Part shown: piece after piece, positions 17,411-27,123 of the stretch
Position numbering within the stretch: the stretch's first letter is position 1
Layout: each line of letters starts with the position of its first letter
DNA from: an uncultured Solirubrobacterales bacterium
GTDB lineage: Bacteria; Actinomycetota; Thermoleophilia; Solirubrobacterales; Solirubrobacteraceae
NCBI GenBank assembly: GCA_963705245.1
Contig: OY970062.1
Coordinates: forward strand, 557,421-621,420
Length of the DNA stretch: 64,000 bases
Direction: 5' to 3'
Made by a program: the position numbers and the translations under genes
Notes under the pieces: model-generated
What the model saw: the letters and a program-made list of their open reading frames with translations, nothing else
Databases searched by the model: none
What the model was told of the DNA's origin: nothing

Positions 17411-20400
17411 TCACGTGGCCTCGCGCGTGAGCGAGAGCAGCACGTCGGCGACCTTGATGACCGTCGGAAAGCGCGCGGGGCCCTCGTGGGGCACACGGAT
17501 CGAGACCTGTGAGCGCCCTGACTCATACAGCGCCTCTGGGATCTCCTCACGCAACCGGCGAGCACACACCGAGTCAAGCTCGATCGGCGTGACGGCGAGA
17601 CGATCGCCACGAAAGCTCACCACCGAGGCGCCTGCCTGGCCGAACTTGATCCGTGCCCGTTGCAGTGCCAGCAGGTTCTCGAGCGGCTCGGGCACAGGCC
17701 CAAAACGATCCTCGAGCTCGTCGCGGAGCTGCTGCACCTCGGCAACCTCCAACGCGCCGGCGACACGCCGGTGGATCTCGATCTTGGCCTGCTCGTAGGG
17801 AACGTAGTCAGGTGGGATGTAAGCGTCGACGTTCACGTCCAGACGCACCGGCTCTGGGAGCTCCTCATCCTCACCTCCGGCGGTCGGCGGGCCCGCACTG
17901 CGTACCGCCTCGTCGAGCATCTGCATATACAGCTCGAAGCCAAGCGCCGCGACATGTCCGGACTGCTCGTCACCGAGCAGGTTCCCGGCGCCGCGCAGCT
18001 CAAGGTCACGCATCGCGACCTTGAATCCTGCACCGAGCTCGGTGTAGTCCGAGAGCGCCGCCAACCGCTGCGCGGCATCCGGCGTGAGGGCGGCTGCAGA
18101 GTCGTACATCAGGTAGGAGTAAGCCCGCTCGCGGCTGCGTCCGACACGGCCGCGGATCTGGTAGAGCTGGGCCAAGCCGAACGCGTCGGCGTGCTCCACG
18201 ATCAGCGTGTTCGCCTGCGGGATATCGATGCCGGACTCGATGATCGAAGTGCATACGAGCACATCGGAGTCGCCACGCAGATAGTCCATCATCACAGTCT
18301 CCAACTCACCCTCCGCCATCTGACCGTGGGCTACGACGAAGTTGACGCCCGGGCACAGAGCACGCAGCCGCTCGGCGGTCTCGTCGATCGACTCGACCCG
18401 GTTGTGCAGGAAGAACGCTTGGCCGTCACGTTCGCGCTCGCGCAGGATCGCACGCTTCACGAGCTCCTCCTCATACTCGCCGACGTAGGTCTTGACCGGT
18501 CGGCGTCCTTCCGGTGGCGTCTCGATCACCGAGATCTCGCGCAAGCCCGCCAACGACATTTGCAGCGTGCGTGGGATCGGGGTGGCCGACATCGAGATCA
18601 CGTCCATTTTCAGCTTCAGCTGACGCAGCAGCTCCTTTTGCTTGACCCCAAATCGCTGCTCCTCGTCGACGATCAGCAGGCCCAGATCCTTCGCACGCAC
18701 GTCGCGCGAGAGCACGCGATGTGTGCCGATCAGGATGTCCACGCGCCCCTCGGCGAAACCCTTGATTGCCACCTTCTGCTCAGCTGCCGAGCGAAACCGC
18801 GAGACGTGCTCGACATTGATCGGGTAGTCGGCAAGACGCTCCGAAAACGTGCCGTAGTGCTGCTGTGCGAGGATCGTGGTCGGAGCCAGCACCAGCACCT
18901 GCTTGCCTTGACTGGCCGCCTTGAACGCGGCCCGCAGTGCCACCTCGGTCTTGCCATAGCCGACATCGCCGCAGATCAACCTGTCCATCGGTCGCGGCGA
19001 TTCCATGTCTGCCTTGACCAGTTCGATCGCCTCCATTTGGTCGGCGGTCTCGTTGAACGGAAATCGCATCTCGAATTCTCGCTGCCAATCGGAGTCGGGC
19101 TCAAATGCGTGCCCCGTCCGCCGCCGACGCTCGGCGTACAGGCTCAGCAGCTCGCCCGCCAGCTCCTGTGCAGCGCGGCGGGCGCGTGCCTTCATCGCCT
19201 CCCAGCGTGTGCCGCCGAGCTTGGACAATGGCGGATGCTCGCCACCCGCTCCGACATAGCGCGAGATCTTCGCGAGCTGCTCGGTAGGCACGAAGACACG
19301 GTCATCGCCTTGATATTCGAGGTAGAGGTAGTCGCGCGTAACGTCCGCGACCGTACGTGTCTCAAAGCCGGCGAAGCGGGCCAGTCCGTGGTCCTCGTGC
19401 ACCACGATGTCGCCGGTTCTCAGTTCGGTGAACGAGCGCAGAGCGCCCCGACGAACGCCTCCCGAAGACCCATGATCGGGCGTAGCAGTGCTGCCGGGGC
19501 GCCCAGCGCGACGACGGCGCAGAAGGCGATGCTCGGGGAAGATCGCGAGCTTCAGTTGGGGTGCGACGAAGCCATCTCGCAGCGAGGCGGTCGCGAATCT
19601 CAGTGACGGCTCGAGCACCTGGGGGTGGGCGGGCATCCGATCACCGTCCTCCCCCAGCCACGTGACTTTCATCCGCCCAAGGTTGTACGCCGCTCGCTCG
19701 CCCTCGCCACGGCGAGGGAACGCGACGACCGTGCGATAGCCCGAGCGCACGAGCTTCTCGAGCTCGGGCTCGGCCTCGGCCAGCGAGCGCGCGACGGTGT
19801 CTGCGGCCTGGGCACGCAGCTGCAGCTGCTGATCTCCGGAGATCGCCGACAGCCAGATCCGAGCCCGTCCGATAAGCGCCGCTTGAATGTCATCGGGACT
19901 CACGTACAAGTGGTGCGCATCCTCGTCCGCAAATGCCGCACACACATCGGTCCAGTGGTCGCTGAGGGCCGGCTTCAGCTCCTCCTCGGCGGCAACGACA
20001 AGCTCGGTGTCGACATCAAGGAGATCCAGCAGCGCGCCAAAGCGCTCGACCGGCAGCAGCTCGGCGATGTCCGGGCGGTCCGAGACGTTTTCGGAGGCCG
20101 CGATCTCCGCCAGCTCGCGGTGCTCGATCGCCAGCTCTGCTGCGGGCGCGATCTCGACCTCGGCGACATCCCCAAGTGAGCGCTGGGTGAAGGTCGAGAA
20201 CCAACGCAAGGACTCGATCTCGATGTCAAACATGTCGACGCGAACCGCTCGGTCCTCGGTCGCGGGAAACACATCCAGCAGACCTCCACGCAGTGCGAAT
20301 TGCCCGCGCTCTTGCACCTGGTCGACGTGCTCATACCCTGCCGCAACCAGCTCGTTCGCACACTCCTCGAGATCCAGCAACTCCCCTACACGCAACTTGA

Positions 20401-20833
20401 ACGAGTGCGGGCGCAGAGCAGGGTCTGGAACCTTCTCCGACAGCGCAACGGCGCTGACCACAACCACCGGCGGCGACGATCCCTCCCCTGGCGCGGCGAG
20501 CAACGCGTCGAGAGCAGCAACGCGCAGACCGACCAGATGTGGCGGCGGCGCGAGATGAGACTCATAGGCAACTCCCCTGGAGGGGTAGTAGCGAACTCGG
20601 CGGGGCGCCAACCACGCACTCAGGTCGGCCGCGAGGTCGCGTGCAGCACGGTCGTCGCCAACCACGACCAGCGTGGGCCGCAACGCTGCGTCTCCGGAGG
20701 GTTCGCGATCAGCCAGAGCGGCGATCAAGTACGGTCGCAACGAAGCCGACACGAAGGCGTGGCCGCCTTCGCGGGCGAGCGTGGTCGCGACGGGATCATC
20801 CTCGATCAGTCCAAGCAGCGAGCGCAGCGACAC
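17411..20833 (-). CDS. mfd: Transcription-repair coupling factor
   Basis: VVHEDHG, CGDVGYGKT, DEEQRFG, MSATPIPRTL, QIRGRVGRS and TRCF C-terminus. Confidence 0.98.
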   Translation of the reverse strand: MSLRSLLGLIEDDPVATTLAREGGHAFVSASLRPYLIAALADREPSGDAALRPTLVVVGDDRAARDLAADLSAWLAPRRVRYYPSRGVAYESHLAPPPHLVGLRVAALDALLAAPGEGSSPPVVVVSAVALSEKVPDPALRPHSFKLRVGELLDLEECANELVAAGYEHVDQVQERGQFALRGGLLDVFPATEDRAVRVDMFDIEIESLRWFSTFTQRSLGDVAEVEIAPAAELAIEHRELAEIAASENVSDRPDIAELLPVERFGALLDLLDVDTELVVAAEEELKPALSDHWTDVCAAFADEDAHHLYVSPDDIQAALIGRARIWLSAISGDQQLQLRAQAADTVARSLAEAEPELEKLVRSGYRTVVAFPRRGEGERAAYNLGRMKVTWLGEDGDRMPAHPQVLEPSLRFATASLRDGFVAPQLKLAIFPEHRLLRRRRAGRPGSTATPDHGSSGGVRRGALRSFTELRTGDIVVHEDHGLARFAGFETRTVADVTRDYLYLEYQGDDRVFVPTEQLAKISRYVGAGGEHPPLSKLGGTRWEAMKARARRAAQELAGELLSLYAERRRRTGHAFEPDSDWQREFEMRFPFNETADQMEAIELVKADMESPRPMDRLICGDVGYGKTEVALRAAFKAASQGKQVLVLAPTTILAQQHYGTFSERLADYPINVEHVSRFRSAAEQKVAIKGFAEGRVDILIGTHRVLSRDVRAKDLGLLIVDEEQRFGVKQKELLRQLKLKMDVISMSATPIPRTLQMSLAGLREISVIETPPEGRRPVKTYVGEYEEELVKRAILRERERDGQAFFLHNRVESIDETAERLRALCPGVNFVVAHGQMAEGELETVMMDYLRGDSDVLVCTSIIESGIDIPQANTLIVEHADAFGLAQLYQIRGRVGRSRERAYSYLMYDSAAALTPDAAQRLAALSDYTELGAGFKVAMRDLELRGAGNLLGDEQSGHVAALGFELYMQMLDEAVRSAGPPTAGGEDEELPEPVRLDVNVDAYIPPDYVPYEQAKIEIHRRVAGALEVAEVQQLRDELEDRFGPVPEPLENLLALQRARIKFGQAGASVVSFRGDRLAVTPIELDSVCARRLREEIPEALYESGRSQVSIRVPHEGPARFPTVIKVADVLLSLTREAT

Positions 20834-21540
20834 TAGGCCAGCTCCTCACCAAGCACAATGCGCTGCACGCTGTCGGCCGCATGCTCTACGAGCTCGCGCA
20901 CCTGCACCGGGTCCTCGCGGAAGCGTCCGAGCACATACGCGGAGACGATCTCCGGATCGCTGGAGGCCGGACGTCCGACACCGACGCGTACGCGTACGAA
21001 ATCGAGTCCGCCGAGCTCACGTCGAAGCGACTTCAGGCCGTTGTGTCCCGCCAGTCCCCCACCGAGACGCGCGCGGACGTCACCGAACGGAATGTCAATC
21101 TCGTCATGCACGACCAGGATCCGATCGAGCGGAAGCTTCAGGGCTCCCCGCGCCGGGCCGACCGAGCGTCCGACGTCGTTCATGTACGTCTGCGGCCACA
21201 ACACCGCCACGCGCGGCCGCGCCTGGGCGATCACGTCGCTCGTGCCGCCCATATCACCGTCGGCGATCACCTCGCTGAAGTCGCTGCCACCAGATCCGTC
21301 CAACTCAGGTCCGACGCCTGGGAGACCTCCCACGCGGCCCTCGGCGATGCGTCCGCGAAAACGCTCTTTCGGACGCGCCAGCCCCCAGCGCCTGGCCAGA
21401 ACGTCGGCGACCATGAAGCCGACGTTGTGCCGAGTATCGGCATGCTCGCGTCCGGGGTTCCCCAGCCCGACGATCAGCCAGTCGCAGTGCGCGGCCGCGC
21501 GGCCGCCATCTGCGCCACCGCGACGAAACGGTCGCCGCAG
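20833..21540 (-). CDS. pth: Peptidyl-tRNA hydrolase, start probably CTG 21540
   Basis: LIVGLGNPG...TRHNVGF lies upstream of ATG 21414; PQTYMN, HDEID and GHNGLKS motifs. Confidence 0.9.
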   Translation of the reverse strand: MRRPFRRGGADGGRAAAHCDWLIVGLGNPGREHADTRHNVGFMVADVLARRWGLARPKERFRGRIAEGRVGGLPGVGPELDGSGGSDFSEVIADGDMGGTSDVIAQARPRVAVLWPQTYMNDVGRSVGPARGALKLPLDRILVVHDEIDIPFGDVRARLGGGLAGHNGLKSLRRELGGLDFVRVRVGVGRPASSDPEIVSAYVLGRFREDPVQVRELVEHAADSVQRIVLGEELA

Positions 21541-21546
21541 AGGCCG

Positions 21547-22227
21547 CTACTCCCCGCCGGCGGCGCCCTCGGAGTCGGCGCCCTCCGCAGCCTCGCCCTG
21601 CTCCGCAGCGTCGCCCTCGCCGACGAGCTCTGTCTCGGCCTCGATCTCATCCTCCGCCTCGGTCTGCAACCGCGGTGGGGACAGCGTCGCCAGGACCGTC
21701 TCGGGATCGTCCAGCAGCGTGACGCCCTCCGGCGCCGAAAGCATCTCCAGGGCGATCGTGTCGCCAATCTGCATCTCGCCGATGTCTTGAATGATCGACT
21801 CGGGGATCGCGGTCGGGAGCGCCTGGACGTTCAGCTCGCGCGTGATCTGCTCGAGCACCCCGCCTTCCTTGACACCCGGCGCATCCTCGGTGCCGGTCAG
21901 TTCCAGTGGCACAACCGCGTGGATCGCCTCGTCCAGGCGCACTCGCAGGAGGTCGACGTGCACGGTCTCACCGCGCACTGGATCGCGCTGAGCCTCCTTG
22001 AGGACGACCGGCGTGGCTTTCTCTCCGTCAATGCTGAGGTCCAGCACCGCGCCCGACCTAGCCAGCGCAAGGCGCAATTCGCGCGCGTCGGCGTCGAAGC
22101 CCACGGACTCTCCACCGCCGCCATACACGATGCCGGGCACCCGCCCGGAGCGACGCAGGCGTCGGACGGCGCGCGAGCCTTCGGCGGCGCGGCTGTTGAC
22201 TGCAAGCTTGGTCGTTGCATCTGCCAT
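21547..22227 (-). CDS. rplY: 50S ribosomal protein L25/Ctc
   Basis: RRLRRSGRVPGIVYGG, HVDL, GVKEGG and PTAIPE; acidic tail. Confidence 0.96.
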   Translation of the reverse strand: MADATTKLAVNSRAAEGSRAVRRLRRSGRVPGIVYGGGGESVGFDADARELRLALARSGAVLDLSIDGEKATPVVLKEAQRDPVRGETVHVDLLRVRLDEAIHAVVPLELTGTEDAPGVKEGGVLEQITRELNVQALPTAIPESIIQDIGEMQIGDTIALEMLSAPEGVTLLDDPETVLATLSPPRLQTEAEDEIEAETELVGEGDAAEQGEAAEGADSEGAAGGE

Positions 22228-22358
22228 TGCGGCGGCAGACTCTAGCAGCGCAGGATCGGCATTCTCATCCAGCCCGAAAGGCCGCTTCGTGGGCCGGGCC
22301 GAGACGAGAATGTCCGCCCCGCCTAGTCGATCTGATCGCTGGGATCAGTCATCATGTG

Positions 22359-22895
22359 CTAGCAGCTGGCTTCGTTTTCGATCGCTGCGCTCAGCGACAG
22401 CAGCGAGATGTCGATCCCGTTCAGGAAGTTGCCGGTGCGGCGCACCACTACGCATTGCACGATTGGGAGCTTGCCGATCACCGTCCAGGCCACGCGCGAG
22501 GTTCCTGTCGCACCGGTCAGCGAGCCCGCAGTGGGCGATTTGATCGACAGGATCTTGATCGCGCCAGGCCGCTTCAGCCTGCTTGCGCTCATACGGACGG
22601 TCGCGGCGCAGGACGGGCGCGAACGACACCCGCCCAACAGCAAGAGCTCACGGGAGGCATCGCCCTTGGCTTGAGCCTGCAATACCGCCAGGATGTCGTT
22701 GCGTTCGGCGTTTTCGGCCGACAGATATCGCGCGAGCAGGATGCTGATAGCCACGAATACGACGACTCCGACAAGGATGATCGCGATACGTCGTCCCGGC
22801 GAGATCTGCCGCCACCATGAGCGCGGTGTCCGGTCGGGAGAGACGGTCTGTGACGAGAGATCAGCGGGTTCTGGGCGCATGTCGCTGTCGTTCAC
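22359..22895 (-). CDS. Hypothetical single-pass membrane protein
   Basis: IAIILVGVVVFVAISILLA hydrophobic segment; in the operon between prs and rplY. Confidence 0.65.
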   Translation of the reverse strand: MNDSDMRPEPADLSSQTVSPDRTPRSWWRQISPGRRIAIILVGVVVFVAISILLARYLSAENAERNDILAVLQAQAKGDASRELLLLGGCRSRPSCAATVRMSASRLKRPGAIKILSIKSPTAGSLTGATGTSRVAWTVIGKLPIVQCVVVRRTGNFLNGIDISLLSLSAAIENEASC

Positions 22896-22965
22896 CTTGC
22901 GCCTACGTCACACCGGGTGTCGGGATATACGCAGGCGCCAGACGTATAGCGGGACTCGAGCTCAT

Positions 22966-22998
22966 GCTCGCCGCGTTTGGCTGCTCGCCGCGTTTGGC
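22966..22998. repeat. 16-bp tandem duplication GCTCGCCGCGTTTGGC
   Basis: Two adjacent copies just downstream of prs. Confidence 0.75.
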
Positions 22999-23014
22999 GA
23001 AAGCAAGACTGAGC

Positions 23015-24046
23015 CTAAAACAGCTGGTTCTCGCCACCGAACACTTCGCTGACGGAATCGTCCACGAAGATGCGCCGGATGGATTCGGTCAGCAGCTCTG
23101 CGCAAGGCAGCACCCGGATGTTTTGCGGGCGGTCAGGACTCACCGGGATCGTGTCCGTCACTACGATCTCCTCGAGGCCCGAGGTCTTCAGGTTCTCAAA
23201 CGCGTTCCCGGAGAACACGGCGTGCGTGGCAGCCGCATACACCCGTGCGGCGCCCTCCTCGCTGACCGTCTTGGCTGCCGCCTTCAGCGTTCCCGCAGTG
23301 TCGATCATGTCGTCGACGATCACCGCCGTCTTGCCCTTCACGTCCCCGATCACATACCCGATCTCCGCCACCTGTTGCGCCGGGCGCTCCTTGTCCAGGA
23401 TCGCCAGCTCAGCGCCTATCTTCGACGCGAATTTCTTGTTCAGCTTCACCCGTCCCGCGTCTGGCGCGACCACAACGAGATCCGACAGGCCAAGGTCACC
23501 GAAGTACTGGGTCAGCATGAACAGCGCTGTCATGTGATCCACCGGCTTCTGGAAGAAGCCTTGGATCTGGCCTGCGTGAAGATCCATCGTCAGAACCCTG
23601 TCGGCTCCTGCCGCCTCCAGCATGCGCGCGACCAGCCGCGCCGAGATCGGCTCGCGTGGCGCGGACTTCTTGTCCTGACGTGAGTATCCAAACCACGGCG
23701 TCACGGCGATCACCCTGTGAGCCGAGGCCCCCACAGCCGCATCGATCATGAACAGCAGCTCCATCAGCGAGTCGTTCGCAGTCACGCCGGTCTGGGAATT
23801 TCCGCAGGTCGACTGGACGATGAATACATCAGCCCCGCGAATCGACTCCTCATAGCGGCAGTACACCTCGCCGTTCGAGAACGTCCTCAGGGTGACAGGC
23901 CCCAGATCCACGCCCAGCTTGTCGGCGATGTCCACCGCCAGCTGCGGGTTCGCGCGCCCGCTGAACAGCATCAACCGCTTGTTGTAGTCGATCGGCAGGC
24001 TCGTCTGCGCGGACTGCTGCGCGCGCGTATCCATCGCGCTGCTCAT
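23015..24046 (-). CDS. prs: Ribose-phosphate pyrophosphokinase
   Basis: FSNGE, YSRQDKK, MDLHAGQIQGFF, VAPDAG and VDDMIDTAGT. Confidence 0.97.
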   Translation of the reverse strand: MSSAMDTRAQQSAQTSLPIDYNKRLMLFSGRANPQLAVDIADKLGVDLGPVTLRTFSNGEVYCRYEESIRGADVFIVQSTCGNSQTGVTANDSLMELLFMIDAAVGASAHRVIAVTPWFGYSRQDKKSAPREPISARLVARMLEAAGADRVLTMDLHAGQIQGFFQKPVDHMTALFMLTQYFGDLGLSDLVVVAPDAGRVKLNKKFASKIGAELAILDKERPAQQVAEIGYVIGDVKGKTAVIVDDMIDTAGTLKAAAKTVSEEGAARVYAAATHAVFSGNAFENLKTSGLEEIVVTDTIPVSPDRPQNIRVLPCAELLTESIRRIFVDDSVSEVFGGENQLF

Positions 24047-24104
24047 CGTGCCTTGAAGTGTAAAGGGCCGACGCGACGGGTCCGCCGGCCGCGCTCCGGG
24101 AGGC

Positions 24105-25463
24105 TCACGACTTCTCCTGCGGCAGCTGTCCCGCTCGCTGCTTGGCATACCCCTCTTTGTTGGTCTGGCGCGCACGGGCGATGCCCAGCGCACCCGAGGG
24201 CACGTCCTCGTGGATGACCGAGCCGGCACCCGTATACGCGTCGTCGCCGACGGTCACCGGCGCCACGAACGAGACGTGCACGCTGCTGCGCACTTGCTTG
24301 CCAATCGTCGTGCGGTGCTTGTTGGCGCCGTCGTAGTTAGCAGTGATCGTGCTCGCCCCGAGGTTGGTTCCCTCACCCACGTCGGCATCACCGATATAGG
24401 AGAGGTGCGGAACCTTCGCGCCGACGCCCAGATCTGAGTTCTTGACCTCCACGAACGTCCCTACCTTCGCCCCCGCGCGCAGCACCGTGCCTGGGCGCAG
24501 ATAGGCGAACGGACCCACGGTCGCACCGTCCTCGAGCTCGCAATCGACCAGATAGGAGTGCCGCACAAGACAGCCCTCACCGATTCGGGTACGGCCCTTG
24601 ATCGTCGTGAACGGCTCGATCGTGGTGTCCTGACCGATTTCGACATCGACGTCGATCACGGTCGCGCGCGGGTCCACGATGCTGACCCCTGCCGCCATGT
24701 GCCAGGCGTGGATCCCCTGCTGCGCCAGCTTGCGCACCTGCGCAAGCGCCGCCCGATCATTGACGCCGAGCACCAGCCGTTGATCGGCAACAGCATGTGC
24801 CGCGACCGTTGCGCCGTCGGCGCGGATCAGATCCAGCACCTGCGGCAGATACAGCTCGCCTTGGGCGTTGTCAGCGCTCAGCCGCGGCAGCCCCTCGCGC
24901 AGGACATCCCCCGTGAACACGTAGATGCCGGTGTTCACCTCGCGTATCTGCATCTGCTCAGGCGCAGCGTCCCCAGCGGTCTTGGTCTCGACCACGCGCT
25001 CGAAGGCGCCATCCGCGTCGCGCACTACCCGCCCATAGCCACTCGGATCGTCTAGGAACGTACTCGCCATCGTCGCGCCTGCGCCGCTCGCTTCGTGTGC
25101 GCGCACGAGCTCTTCGATCGTCTCAGCACTCACGAGGGGAACATCCCCGCTGAGTACGACCACCGGCGCGTCAGTGTCAGGGCCGGTTGCGTCCAGCTGC
25201 GCGATGGCTGCCGCGACCGCCCCCCCAGTGCCGTCCGAGCGTGGCTGCACCGCAAGCTCGACTCCCTCAGGCAACACACTCTCAAGCGCCCGCTCAGGCG
25301 AGTCGACGACCACGACCCGGGCTGCTCCAGCGCCCAGCGCGGCCCGCACGGGCCACAGGACCATCGGGATGCCACATAGCTCGTGCAGCACCTTCGGCGT
25401 GCGCGAACGCATCCGCGTGCCCCTGCCCGCGGCAAGGATCAAGACCGTCGGAGCCGGAGTCAC
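24105..25463 (-). CDS. glmU: Bifunctional GlmU
   Basis: LAAGRGTRMRS...PKVLH, GYGRVVRD, VGPFAYLRP, FVEVKNS and HLSYIGDA. Confidence 0.97.
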   Translation of the reverse strand: MTPAPTVLILAAGRGTRMRSRTPKVLHELCGIPMVLWPVRAALGAGAARVVVVDSPERALESVLPEGVELAVQPRSDGTGGAVAAAIAQLDATGPDTDAPVVVLSGDVPLVSAETIEELVRAHEASGAGATMASTFLDDPSGYGRVVRDADGAFERVVETKTAGDAAPEQMQIREVNTGIYVFTGDVLREGLPRLSADNAQGELYLPQVLDLIRADGATVAAHAVADQRLVLGVNDRAALAQVRKLAQQGIHAWHMAAGVSIVDPRATVIDVDVEIGQDTTIEPFTTIKGRTRIGEGCLVRHSYLVDCELEDGATVGPFAYLRPGTVLRAGAKVGTFVEVKNSDLGVGAKVPHLSYIGDADVGEGTNLGASTITANYDGANKHRTTIGKQVRSSVHVSFVAPVTVGDDAYTGAGSVIHEDVPSGALGIARARQTNKEGYAKQRAGQLPQEKS

Positions 25464-25513
25464 TCCGAGGATGCTAGCTATTTGCGGTTGGGATGCGGGG
25501 GCTCTCTACCAAG

Positions 25514-26035
25514 CTATGGACTCGCCGGGGCAGGGTTCGGGCTGGTATTGGCAGTCGAAGGTGCAGCGGAAGTCGCCGTCGGCGTAGTTGGTGGAGAGGG
25601 TGTGGTGACCGTCGTCGTCTTGGTGGGCGTCGTCACGGTGGTTGTTGGTGCCGTGATCGTCGTATGGTTTGTAACGGTCGTGGCTGGCGCGACCGTCGTG
25701 GTATGTCCGATGCTGAGCGATTGGCTGGGGACGGTCGAGGTGCTCTTGGAGCCACTTTTGGATGCGAGCAGGATGACCACCACGATCAACAGGATCACAA
25801 GCGCCGCGCCACCGGCGATCGCCAGCCCGCTGGCCCCGGAGCGCCCGTTCCCGGGTGGCGGAGCTCCGCCACCGCGCGAAGGATCGCTGGGATCCTGGCC
25901 GGGATACGGAGTCCCACCGGGGGGAGTGCCGGGGGGAGCACCACCGGGGGGCGGCGGATAGCCGGGTCCCCCACCCGCGGGCGGAGTGCCACCGGGGGGC
26001 GGCGGATAGCCTGGCTGGTCATAGCCGTCGGTCAT
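25514..26035 (-). CDS. Hypothetical membrane protein with Pro/Gly-rich N-terminus and Thr-rich C-terminus
   Basis: GYPPPPGG repeats, one transmembrane helix, TTV repeats; AGGAG SD. Confidence 0.7.
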   Translation of the reverse strand: MTDGYDQPGYPPPPGGTPPAGGGPGYPPPPGGAPPGTPPGGTPYPGQDPSDPSRGGGAPPPGNGRSGASGLAIAGGAALVILLIVVVILLASKSGSKSTSTVPSQSLSIGHTTTVAPATTVTNHTTITAPTTTVTTPTKTTTVTTPSPPTTPTATSAAPSTANTSPNPAPASP

Positions 26036-26071
26036 CGCTGACTCTCCTTGATCTGAGGGTGAGGTGACGAG

Positions 26072-26111
26072 CGCAGCAACTCAGACTATCGCGCAGCAAC
26101 TCAGACTATTG
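26072..26111. repeat. 21-bp-period tandem duplication
   Basis: GCGCAGCAACTCAGACTAT twice. Confidence 0.8.
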
Positions 26112-26209
26112 CTCAAGCTCCCATCGGGGACCTGGCGTCTGTGACCCGCGTGGGCCTCAACACCCGTATGACGCCTAGCGACAGAAGCTATGACATCGCG
26201 CCAGCGCTA

Positions 26210-26280
26210 CTGGGGAGCCTGGATTCGAACCAGGACTTGAAGAGTCAAAGTCTTCCGGGCTGCCCTTACCCCACTCCCCA
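26210..26280 (-). tRNA. tRNA-Gln (TTG)
   Basis: Acceptor TGGGGAG/CTCCCCA+G, anticodon arm GAAGA-CTTTGAC-TCTTC, GGTTCGAATCC; canonical position upstream of glmU. Confidence 0.96.
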
Positions 26281-26438
26281 AGGCTCAGCACATCGTCGCA
26301 CGAGCGCCCACGTTCTGGATGAACGAGTGCCGATCCGAGACCGATCCCGCAAACTGCGACGCTCATAACGTCGTGGTGACACGCACGACTCCTGCTTCTG
26401 CAAGGATGCGTGCGCTCGTGCAGGGGGAGAATCTGAGA

Positions 26439-27050
26439 ATGCAGCCGTACATCGGTGCTGCGCTCGTCGTCGCAGTGCTTACGCTTGCGTTCTGCGCGAA
26501 TCTCGCTCGGCCCGGAACGACTTCGGCCAGCGCTGCTTCGGGCTCCTGCACGGGAACAAACCTGCGTCCAAGCGGCGCAAACGCCGCGCAGGTCGACGCC
26601 GCCACACTATGTCTGATCGACCAGGTGCGTATCGCGCACGGTCTGCGCCCGCTGAAGACGAATCGCGAACTGCAGGCGGTGGCGGTGTCTCAGGTCAGGA
26701 GCATGGTCCGTCTGGACTATTTCGCCGACAACCGCCCGTCGGGAGCCACCCCGGCAGCCCTGATCGCAGCCAAGCCTTACGGGCAGCACGCAAGGAGCCT
26801 GTCTACAGGAGAGAACATCGGCTGGGCTACTGGAAGCTATGCAACGCCCACCGAGATGGTCGCGGCCTGGCTGCAGTCCCCGCCCCACCGCGAAATCATC
26901 CTGACCGGCGAATTCAGCGAAGCAGGCGTCGGGACGACCGCCGCGGCGCCATCGCATCTAGCCGAAGGCCAGACCGGCGCCACATACGCACTTGAGCTGG
27001 CAAAGCGCGCTGATCCGGCCAAGCGTGCCAAGCTCAACAAGCACGCCTGA
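26439..27050 (+). CDS. Secreted CAP/SCP domain protein
   Basis: Signal peptide; LIDQVRIAHGL, GENIGW and WLQSPPHREII. Confidence 0.88.
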   Translation: MQPYIGAALVVAVLTLAFCANLARPGTTSASAASGSCTGTNLRPSGANAAQVDAATLCLIDQVRIAHGLRPLKTNRELQAVAVSQVRSMVRLDYFADNRPSGATPAALIAAKPYGQHARSLSTGENIGWATGSYATPTEMVAAWLQSPPHREIILTGEFSEAGVGTTAAAPSHLAEGQTGATYALELAKRADPAKRAKLNKHA

Positions 27051-27123
27051 GACAGCCGCCCCCGAGCCAGCCAAGCATGCTTAGGCCCGGGGCAAGCAGC
27101 AGATGCATGACGCGAACCTCTGC

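Noticed and set aside
26210-26280. Integrative element at tRNA-Gln
   Set aside because: glmU follows in the conserved position; no duplicated 3' end or integrase seen
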